Shown piece by piece: positions 36,761 to 44,446 of a stretch of 64,000 nucleotides of DNA. Origin of the DNA: an uncultured Rhizobium sp. GTDB lineage: Bacteria > Pseudomonadota > Alphaproteobacteria > Rickettsiales > UBA1997. Every line of letters starts with the position of its first letter. Position 1 is the stretch's first letter. Under the pieces are notes generated by a model. It did no database searches and was not told the DNA's origin. It saw only the letters and a list, made by a program, of their open reading frames with translations. The translations under genes and the position numbers were made by a program. The DNA is taken from NCBI GenBank assembly GCA_964580715.1, contig CAZOKU010000002.1:531-64530 (forward strand), given 5' to 3'.

Positions 36761-38440
36761 ATGCCAGCAGAAATAATAAAACTAGACAATATTCCACCAA
36801 CTAGCGGTGTTTATCAATTTTTTGATGCAAAAGACCGCGTTTTATATGTTGGAAAAGCCAAAAATCTTTACAAAAGAGTTGCCAGTTACACCAAAACTGA
36901 CAAGCTTTCACAGAGAATTTCTCACATGGTTTTTTTGGCACAAAAGCTGGAAATTATTCAAACTGAAAATGAAGTTGAAGCGCTGCTTCTGGAGCACAAT
37001 TTAATCAAAAAGCTTGAGCCCCGTTATAACATCTTGCTGCGCGATGATAAAACTTTTCCTTACATTCACATTACTAAGCATAATTTTCCACAAATCACCA
37101 AATATCGCGGGCCAAAAAAAGATGACGGGTTTTATTTCGGACCATTCGCCTCAGCCCATGATGTTAATCACACCATCGATGTTTTGCGCAAAAGTTTTTT
37201 GCTTAGAAATTGCTCTGATGCTGAATTTAAATCGCGCAAAAAACCTTGTCTTGAATATCAAATTAAAAAATGCTTCGCGCCTTGTGTGAATCTGGTTTTG
37301 CAGAATGATTATGAAACTGCTGTAAAAAACGCAGTTGAATTTTTAAACGGCAAATCTGCTGAAGTGCAAAAAAATTTGCTCGCTAAAATGCAAAAATTAA
37401 GCGCAGAAGAAGAGTTTGAAAAAGCCGCAATAATTCGCGATCAAATTAAATCTTTAAACAGCATTCAAACCAAGCAAAACATTAACTTACAAGACATTAA
37501 AAATGTTGATATTATCACGCTAAAACAGCTAAACAACATGACTTGCGTTTATATTTCTTTTTATCGCAACGGGCAAAATTATGGCGCAAAACCTTATTTC
37601 TATGAAATTGATAGCACTGAAAAACAAGAAGAATTTTTATCTGATTTTTTAGGACAATTTTATTTAAACCAAATTCCTGCAAGTGAAATTTTTCTAAATC
37701 TTGAAATAGCCGAGCAATCCTTAATGGAAGAGTTTTTAAGCAAGCTGGCGGGTTGTAAAGTTATCATAAAAATTCCTAAAATTGGCAGTAAATTGGCTTT
37801 AATCAAAGATCAGGAAAAAATCGCACTGCAAAATATTGAGCAAAAAATATTACAAAATTTAAATAATCGCGAATTGCTTTTAGAGATAAAAAAAGCTTTT
37901 GATTTACCAAAAATGCCACAAAAAATTGAAGTTTATGACAACAGCCACACCAGCGGAAGTAATGCTGTAGGGGTTTTAATCACCGCCGACATCAATGGCT
38001 TTGTTAAAAGCGGCTATCGCAAATTTAACATAAAATCAGCAACACCAAATTCAGAAACCAACATTCTTTACGGCAAAGACGACACTGCCATGATGCGCGA
38101 AGTTTTATTTCGCAGATTCTCAAAATTAGACAAATCTGAATATCCTGATTTAATCATTCTTGATGGTGGAAAACCACAACTATCAGCGGCTCAAGCAATT
38201 TTTGATGAATTAAAAATCAAAATTCCTTTTATTTGCATGGCCAAAGGCGAAAACCGCAACGCTGGTGAAGAAAAATTTCATCAAACCAACAAAGAAATTG
38301 TAACTTTTCCCAAAAATCACCCCGCCCTACATTATCTGCAAAGATTACGCGACGAAGCCCACCGCTTTGCGATTATGACTCATCGCAAAAAACGTAGCAA
38401 AGAAACTTTTTTATGGGCCACTAATTCTCACGCCTCCTGA
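36761..38440 (+). CDS. uvrC: Excinuclease ABC subunit C (UvrC), apparently lacking the C-terminal (HhH)2 domain
   Basis: 559 aa. GIY-YIG (GVYQFFDAKDRVLYVGKAKNLYKRV), UVR domain (EEEFEKAAIIRDQIKSL) and the endonuclease V-like domain (IEVYDNSHTSG...RDEAHRFAI). The ORF ends about 20 aa after the EAHRF motif, inside the converging 994-aa gene. Confidence 0.85.
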   Translation: MPAEIIKLDNIPPTSGVYQFFDAKDRVLYVGKAKNLYKRVASYTKTDKLSQRISHMVFLAQKLEIIQTENEVEALLLEHNLIKKLEPRYNILLRDDKTFPYIHITKHNFPQITKYRGPKKDDGFYFGPFASAHDVNHTIDVLRKSFLLRNCSDAEFKSRKKPCLEYQIKKCFAPCVNLVLQNDYETAVKNAVEFLNGKSAEVQKNLLAKMQKLSAEEEFEKAAIIRDQIKSLNSIQTKQNINLQDIKNVDIITLKQLNNMTCVYISFYRNGQNYGAKPYFYEIDSTEKQEEFLSDFLGQFYLNQIPASEIFLNLEIAEQSLMEEFLSKLAGCKVIIKIPKIGSKLALIKDQEKIALQNIEQKILQNLNNRELLLEIKKAFDLPKMPQKIEVYDNSHTSGSNAVGVLITADINGFVKSGYRKFNIKSATPNSETNILYGKDDTAMMREVLFRRFSKLDKSEYPDLIILDGGKPQLSAAQAIFDELKIKIPFICMAKGENRNAGEEKFHQTNKEIVTFPKNHPALHYLQRLRDEAHRFAIMTHRKKRSKETFLWATNSHAS

Positions 38441-41395
38441 ACCACCTGCAGGCTCAACTATGGATCCAGAAGAAGAGCGTGAAGCTGGACCAACAACTGC
38501 TCCAGATGAAGAGTTAGAAGACCCAACAGTTGTTCCACCTTTTGAAGATGAGGCAGAACCAACCATAACTCCTTTTTTACCACCGCTAGAACCAACCACA
38601 ACTCCTGATTTTTCCCTTCCTCCAACATCAGCAACACTGGTTCCTTTATTACCATATTTCTGAACTTTTGATGAACCATATCTTCCAACCTTTTTAGCAA
38701 GTTTTTCTGTACCACGCATTGCACGTCTTTGTGCTTTCCTTAAGAAATTACCAGTGCTTGACATCATCTTAGTCATAGAAGCGGCCCAAGGAGCAGGGCC
38801 TCCAGCACCAACCAACTTCTGAGCGAATTGCGTAATCTTATCCATAAATGCCGATAAAATAAACAATATAAATGCACCCTTCAGAATTGCCATAAACTTG
38901 GTTTTATTCATCGTTACCATAAGAATAGGAATTCCAAAACCAAGACTTCTAAACACTGAAGACACTTTGTAATTTACAATATTCATTATGCAGTAAATAC
39001 TTTCATCAGCTCCTGGTGTGGTGCAATCAATGGTTTTTTCTTCCTTCACACCATCTCCACTGAATAAAACATCACCAACTACTACCTTATCAAAAACAAT
39101 AATCACAAAAGCAAGATAACAAAACAAAATCATTGGCTGCAAACAAAAGCCCAGAACCTGTCGCCACCAACCATCGAACACATTTTTAGTACGATTAAAA
39201 AGTGCCAAAGTTATAGTGACAGGAGAAACATATATCAAAATCGTAATTGCAATAATTGCCACCAACATTATATGTATTGCTCGAATCACTAAAGACAACA
39301 TGAAGAACCCTAAGATCAAACTAAACACCACGAAATAAATACCAAGTCCACCAGTAAAAAACCCAGCAACCACTAACATAATTAAATTTGGAACTGTTGC
39401 TGAAGGTCCGTAACCCATAGCACGGGCCAATTTACAATCTAGTGTATCCCAAGGTCTTAAATATTCTTTTCCAGGAGGATAGGCTCGAGTTGCTGGATTA
39501 TATCTGGTATCCTCATTTTTATCTTTATAGTTAAAGCGAGGAAATTGACAACCATCTAGCCGATTTTGATTTACACTAGGACTGCCATAGTATCCATCAT
39601 CACCTAAATTGAACACCATGTTCGCCAAATAAGAAGAAGATTTAATAACACCAGAAGCAAATTGATCTTGCCATGCAGTGCCCAGCGCAAAATAAGAAAC
39701 TAATCCAATTTTTAATATGTAGGGAAGCAACTGTTTTTTTGCAACTGGCTGAAGCCCAAGCAAAATCATTGCACCAAAAAGCATCACCGAAATCGACATC
39801 GCAACTTTAATTACGGTTCGTAATCCCGATACTATCTTAGAAAAGAAAGAAGGAGTTGTTAAAGTATCACCATTTTTATACTTAACCCCACTATGTGGAC
39901 ATGGATTTTGTGTAGTAGTAACCACAATATCTGCCGTAGCATCAAAAAGAGGAATCTCAGAAGAATCATTACATATCGTATGCCCTGCCCTGTTAAAAAA
40001 TAAATTTTCTACAGTCTCTTTAAAACATTGTATAACTGGAGCAGAAAAATGCCTGATATTACTCGTCAATATTCCTGCATTATAAGAATAAACATTCTGC
40101 GAATCCCCTTCCATATTAGCGCAAGCAGAAGAAACAAAAGCTTGTGCGAAAGCAGGCTGCTTAATGGTTGGAATAATCGGAAGTTTTATGCAATGGTTCA
40201 TATATTGACAAGAGTTTGTCATATAACCAGGATTATTTGGGTCCGGATTTTGTGTTTCTGTTCCACCGCCAAGATTATGATTAAAAGGACAAACAGAATA
40301 TGTTTTTGCACAAATATAATTTGGCACAGTTTTAGATGGAAAAATATCAAAAGTTATCGCATCGACAATACATCTGCTGCCCAATTTACAAACTTTATAG
40401 TCTTTTCCTTTATCAATACACATTGTGTTTTGACTTCTTTGAACACAACAATCATAAGCATTTTGCGCAGCAGCTCTTTCATCTTCCGTAGCAAATTTAT
40501 ATAATAAAAACCGATTGCAAGCATAAACCGGAGCATTTCCTGCGCCAGTGTAATAATATTTTTGATTATCACTGTCATATCCAAGTCTTATTAACCTTGT
40601 AGGACCATCCCACGGGTTTGTACAAGCATCATCTCCATTATCCGTATATTCCATTCCACCATAAAAATATTCACGATAAAGCTTATTTGTCATATGGCGA
40701 CTTAGGTCACTATCAGAATTTATTCCATAACTGTTACATTCTGCAGGAATGCCCCCTGGACCGAATATAGTTTCAATACATTTACGATAACCACCCTTAC
40801 CTTTCACCAAAGGACTATTAGAGCCACTGTCAGCAGCACTGCCATCAGCCTTGCTCCATCCTGACCAAGCAGCGCCACAAACCCTTGTGCTATCATAAGC
40901 AGATTTTGCTGCTGCATAAACAACCCCCATAGCAGCAATCGTAGCAGCAGTTGAAGCAACCAAAGCCCAAGCAGTAGCACAACAAAAAGGATTAGAAACA
41001 CTAGTTGCCGCACAAGTTGCATTATTTTGTGCGATCTCCATAATTTTTGTTGGGGACATTGCAACCCCAGCAGCTATTTGGCGTGCGGTTTCAGCATTAT
41101 ATATCGTATTAGCACAAGCATTATTTGCCGCATATGACGCCGCAGCACCAACCAATCCAACACCAGCAACCAAAGACGCACAAACTGGATTAGAAATTTG
41201 CCAATCTAGATCTATACCACCAAAGGGAGTAAATGAAATTTCAGCAACATCACAACGATCTTGAGTATAACTTTTAACCGTTCTTGGCCCATCATAAATC
41301 GCATAAGCATTGTTTGTTTTACAGACAGCAGAAAAAAACAACAATAAAGCTAGAGAGTAACAAAAATTTTTTTTCCAAAAATTATAAAACATCAA
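38411..41395 (-). CDS. Large Cys-rich polytopic membrane protein, tentatively TrbL/VirB6-like
   Basis: 994 aa. Signal/anchor sequence, an approximately 500-aa N-terminal region with more than 20 Cys, at least 6 TM helices (e.g. LIMLVVAGFFTGGLGIYFVVFSLILGFFMLSLVIRAIHIMLVAIIAITILIYVSP, then FDGWWRQVLGFCLQPMILFCYLAFVIIVF, reminiscent of the TrbL/VirB6 core) and a Gly/Ser-rich tail (GSSGGKKGVMVGSASSSKGGTTVGSSNSSSGAVVG). The family assignment is from pattern memory only. Confidence 0.4.
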   Translation of the reverse strand: MMFYNFWKKNFCYSLALLLFFSAVCKTNNAYAIYDGPRTVKSYTQDRCDVAEISFTPFGGIDLDWQISNPVCASLVAGVGLVGAAASYAANNACANTIYNAETARQIAAGVAMSPTKIMEIAQNNATCAATSVSNPFCCATAWALVASTAATIAAMGVVYAAAKSAYDSTRVCGAAWSGWSKADGSAADSGSNSPLVKGKGGYRKCIETIFGPGGIPAECNSYGINSDSDLSRHMTNKLYREYFYGGMEYTDNGDDACTNPWDGPTRLIRLGYDSDNQKYYYTGAGNAPVYACNRFLLYKFATEDERAAAQNAYDCCVQRSQNTMCIDKGKDYKVCKLGSRCIVDAITFDIFPSKTVPNYICAKTYSVCPFNHNLGGGTETQNPDPNNPGYMTNSCQYMNHCIKLPIIPTIKQPAFAQAFVSSACANMEGDSQNVYSYNAGILTSNIRHFSAPVIQCFKETVENLFFNRAGHTICNDSSEIPLFDATADIVVTTTQNPCPHSGVKYKNGDTLTTPSFFSKIVSGLRTVIKVAMSISVMLFGAMILLGLQPVAKKQLLPYILKIGLVSYFALGTAWQDQFASGVIKSSSYLANMVFNLGDDGYYGSPSVNQNRLDGCQFPRFNYKDKNEDTRYNPATRAYPPGKEYLRPWDTLDCKLARAMGYGPSATVPNLIMLVVAGFFTGGLGIYFVVFSLILGFFMLSLVIRAIHIMLVAIIAITILIYVSPVTITLALFNRTKNVFDGWWRQVLGFCLQPMILFCYLAFVIIVFDKVVVGDVLFSGDGVKEEKTIDCTTPGADESIYCIMNIVNYKVSSVFRSLGFGIPILMVTMNKTKFMAILKGAFILFILSAFMDKITQFAQKLVGAGGPAPWAASMTKMMSSTGNFLRKAQRRAMRGTEKLAKKVGRYGSSKVQKYGNKGTSVADVGGREKSGVVVGSSGGKKGVMVGSASSSKGGTTVGSSNSSSGAVVGPASRSSSGSIVEPAGGSGGVRISGP

Positions 41396-42017
41396 AAACT
41401 TTTACTAGCTGATTAATCTCTTGGTTTTTAACCTTAAGAGAAGTTCGGTTAACCACTAAGTGAGAGGTTACATCAATTATTTTTTTTAGTTCAAACATTT
41501 CATTTTCAATTAAAGTTTTTCCACTGCTAACTAAATCTAAAATAAAATCACACAAACCAAGCGCCGGCGCAATTTCAATTGATCCGTTAAGCTTGATTGC
41601 TTCAGTTTGAACCCCATTTGCTGAAAAATATTTTTCTGCAATGTTGGTATATTTCGTGGCAATTCTGATATGACTAATTTTATTTAAATCAAGCTCAATA
41701 TTTTTTTTTGCCGCAATTGACAAACGACATTTGCCAATTTTTAAATCAAGAACTGGAAAAATTTCTGGTGAAGAAAATTCTTCTAAAACGTCAAGCCCAC
41801 AAATTCCAAGATCCGCCGCGCCAAATTTTACAAAAGTTGCCACATCAAAACTTCTAACTTTTACAATCTCCAAATTTTCTATATTGGTTTTAAAAATTAA
41901 CTTTCTTGCCGAATCATCAAAAAAATCAGCTTCCGGAACAATTCCCGCTCTTTCAAACAAAGGATAAAGCTCAGATAAAATTCTTCCTTTTGGAACTGCA
42001 AATAAAATTTTTTTCAT
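41382..42017 (-). CDS. hisG: ATP phosphoribosyltransferase, short form (HisG)
   Basis: 211 aa. LFAVPKGRI, VRSFDVATFVKFGAADLGICGLDVL, IATKYTNIAEKYF and LVSSGKTLIENEM. No other his genes are adjacent. Its stop overlaps the start of the 994-aa gene by 14 nt. Confidence 0.85.
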   Translation of the reverse strand: MKKILFAVPKGRILSELYPLFERAGIVPEADFFDDSARKLIFKTNIENLEIVKVRSFDVATFVKFGAADLGICGLDVLEEFSSPEIFPVLDLKIGKCRLSIAAKKNIELDLNKISHIRIATKYTNIAEKYFSANGVQTEAIKLNGSIEIAPALGLCDFILDLVSSGKTLIENEMFELKKIIDVTSHLVVNRTSLKVKNQEINQLVKVFDVL

Positions 42018-42043
42018 ATTTAAAAATTCTTATAATAACCTTT

Positions 42044-42084
42044 GGTGCTAGTCGGGGTCTCCTGACCCCGACTGACTGTTCATT
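42044..42084. repeat. Family-A-like palindromic element between hisG and the OMP gene
   Basis: ggtgctagtcggggtctcctgaccccgactgactgttcatt, with core GTCGGGGTC-TCC-TGACCCCGAC. Confidence 0.8.
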
Positions 42085-42178
42085 TTCCTATCAAAAATTG
42101 GCATTTATAATAACTTAAAATAAACCTAATAACCTAGAAAAAAAGCCGCTACCGCAAAAAAAATAATTTTTTCCATGT

Positions 42179-43393
42179 TTAAAAATTCTTATAATAACGA
42201 AGCAACAGCCCCAATCCATTAACTTTATTAGAACCAGTTTTAAAGTCATTATATTGATTTTGATAACCAACTTGCACTAAAAAACGATCAAATAAAATGT
42301 TTTTATCAAATTCATAACCAACTGAAATCTCTTTCAAAGATTGATCAAATCCATATTGATATGGCTTGTTATTGTGTCGAGCACTATATCCAAGCGTCAC
42401 ATTCCAATTACGACAAAAACGATTAACCGCATTAGCAGTTAAATAGTTTTCATCATTGCCACGACGCCCCAAAACATTTTTCAGCAAAGCATATTCAACC
42501 AAAAAATCTGTATCAACTTTTTCATGAGACGCAAATTTATAATTCATTCCCGCCACAACTCCTGTTTGGTTTGACACATTGTAATCCAAACTAGCATTAG
42601 CATTAACCGCTAAATTCATATAACCAAAATGATAAGTCAATTTTTCTCTTTCACCAAAATCAAATTTAATATCAAGCCCAATAGTGTAAGATTTTAAAGA
42701 TCTCGTATCACCAGGAACAGCATCTTGCTTGCGTTCCGACTCTCTGCTTGTAATCAAAGAATTATCCAAATTTTTGCGATCATTAGTGAAGCTAGAAAAA
42801 CTAAATTCATATTCACCAGTCTTTTTTAAATTTCCTAAACGATAAACTCCACCAAAACCAAGTTTTTCAGTTTGTCGATAGTTGTTTGCAATAAGATGGT
42901 TCCAAATGCCGCGATTCCAGCGCCAAGCAGTTCCAAAATTTGGATTAAACTTTCCCGCAAGAAGTGCAAATTTTTTCCTATCATAAGAAATGTTTAATTC
43001 TCTTGCATAAATTCCTTCTGAATCAAAAGCAAAATCGCCAGCATTATGCGACACTTGAGTTATTCCATTAGTTCTTCCATCTTGGTTCACAACTTCCATA
43101 ATAAACTGGCCATTTAATGCCAAATGCTTGGTAAGGTTAAGCGACGAAAAAAGACGGCCTCTTGCAGCAATATTTCTATATTCACTAGCTTTATCAGTGG
43201 CGCGATATTGATCATTAACATTTACATCAAAAATCAATTGATTAGAAAATTTTGGAAAAAAAGCCTCACCACTTTCTGTTTCTTTATTATCCTCTTCAAG
43301 CAAATGCCTGAAAGTGTTGATCTTAACATCTTCAGCAAATAACTTGAAAGGAAAGAAAATAAAAACTAAAACTATTAAAAAATTCTTTTTCAT
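42179..43393 (-). CDS. Putative outer-membrane beta-barrel protein (porin-like)
   Basis: 404 aa. Signal peptide MKKNFLIVLVFIFFPFKLFA, alternating-hydrophobicity strands throughout and a C-terminal ...LLLRYYKNF with terminal Phe. Confidence 0.5.
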   Translation of the reverse strand: MKKNFLIVLVFIFFPFKLFAEDVKINTFRHLLEEDNKETESGEAFFPKFSNQLIFDVNVNDQYRATDKASEYRNIAARGRLFSSLNLTKHLALNGQFIMEVVNQDGRTNGITQVSHNAGDFAFDSEGIYARELNISYDRKKFALLAGKFNPNFGTAWRWNRGIWNHLIANNYRQTEKLGFGGVYRLGNLKKTGEYEFSFSSFTNDRKNLDNSLITSRESERKQDAVPGDTRSLKSYTIGLDIKFDFGEREKLTYHFGYMNLAVNANASLDYNVSNQTGVVAGMNYKFASHEKVDTDFLVEYALLKNVLGRRGNDENYLTANAVNRFCRNWNVTLGYSARHNNKPYQYGFDQSLKEISVGYEFDKNILFDRFLVQVGYQNQYNDFKTGSNKVNGLGLLLRYYKNF

Positions 43394-43420
43394 TAATCTA
43401 TGGTTAGGTAAAACAATTTT

Positions 43421-43622
43421 ATAAACGCCAATTCGGGATAAAAAAGTAATTGTTTTAAACCAAAATGTGTGAAAACCGTCGTCTTCCTTCGATCTGGCTT
43501 AGAATTTTTAATTTAAAAAACTCACTTATTTGCATAAGCTCAAGTTTTTTAAATTAAAAATTCTAAGCCAGCTCTTTGCAATACTCGGTTTTGACACATT
43601 TTTATCCCGAATTGGCGTTTAT
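43421..43622. mobile_element. Approximately 200-bp near-perfect palindrome (MITE-like, family D)
   Basis: ATAAACGCCAATTCGGGATAAAAA (43421-43444) pairs with TTTTTATCCCGAATTGGCGTTTAT (43599-43622). Inner arms also pair: caaaatgtgtgaaaaccg with cggttttgacacattttt, and ctggcttagaatttttaatttaaaaaac with gttttttaaattaaaaattctaagccag. The loop centre is cttatttgcataag. There is no coding capacity. Confidence 0.8.
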
Positions 43623-43656
43623 AAGAAATTAATCTTGATACAAAGACACAAATTTT

Positions 43657-44385
43657 ATGTCAATTCCAGTTTTAATCGCAATAAGTTTTTCTGCCGGATT
43701 TTTTATTGAAAGCATCGTTGGCTTTGGCGGTGGTTTAATTGCTTATGCGATTCTCGGCTTTTTCATGGATCTTAAAGACATGATTTTAGCTGGCTTTTAC
43801 ATCGGCACCTGCTCTAGCGCCTATATTGCCTATACCGACATAAAATCATTCAACAAACCAATTTTTAAATCAATTCTGCCAATCTCTTTAATCGGAACTA
43901 TAATCGGCGTTTTTATCTTTAGCAAATTCTCTCCAGACTCTCTTGCTCTTGCCTTCGGAATTTTGTTAATTTTTCTTGCCACCAAAATCTTATTTTTCGA
44001 TCACTATATTTTGCCAAAAATCTTTAAAAATAAATTAATTTTACTCGGCGGAATCTCTCACGGAGCCTTTGGAATAGGCGGCCCATTCTGGGTTAATGCT
44101 TTAAAAAATGACTTCCAAAACAAATCACAATTGCGCACCACAATGGCAATTATTTTTGTTGCTTTTAATTTTGTACGCTTAATTCAGCTAAGTCTGCAAG
44201 GCCAAATAAAACTACAATTTTTTCAAGAAATATGGTGGGTAATCATACCAATCTTCATAACCATAAAGCTCGGACATCATGTTCATACAAAAATTAGTGA
44301 TAATATATTCAAAAAAATGATTGCTTTAATGACATTTTTTGCTGGAATAAAGTTTATCTCTAAATTTCTAATGGCATTTTTGTAA
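43657..44385 (+). CDS. TauE/SafE-family sulfite/anion exporter
   Basis: 242 aa with about 7-8 TM segments. VGFGGGLI and GAFGIGGPFWV glycine motifs in the two halves. Confidence 0.65.
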   Translation: MSIPVLIAISFSAGFFIESIVGFGGGLIAYAILGFFMDLKDMILAGFYIGTCSSAYIAYTDIKSFNKPIFKSILPISLIGTIIGVFIFSKFSPDSLALAFGILLIFLATKILFFDHYILPKIFKNKLILLGGISHGAFGIGGPFWVNALKNDFQNKSQLRTTMAIIFVAFNFVRLIQLSLQGQIKLQFFQEIWWVIIPIFITIKLGHHVHTKISDNIFKKMIALMTFFAGIKFISKFLMAFL

Positions 44386-44425
44386 ATCAAAAATTTCAAC
44401 AAAAAGTTTGATTTGCAACAGTGCC
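44384..44425 (+). promoter_or_regulatory. Hairpin-containing motif AAATCAAAA..TTTGATTTGCRACAGTGCC, 22 nt upstream of the SulP-CA start (copy 1 of 2)
   Basis: aaatcaaaaatttcaacaaaaagtttgatttgcaacagtgcc. Compare 59871-59922, upstream of the pilin-like array. Confidence 0.4.
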
Positions 44426-44446
44426 CTAATTAACCTAATTTAAATT

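Noticed and set aside
38458-38724. ORFs 38460-38663 (+, 67 aa) and 38458-38724 (-, 88 aa)
   Set aside because: They lie in the low-complexity Gly/Ser-tail region of the 994-aa gene, where several frames are open. The products are Pro/Glu/Thr- or Leu-rich with no start context. They do not encode the missing UvrC HhH domain.
40028-40504. Plus-strand 158-aa ORF
   Set aside because: It is antisense to the long 994-aa CDS. Its Arg/Ile/Asn-rich composition is typical of shadow ORFs in AT-rich DNA.
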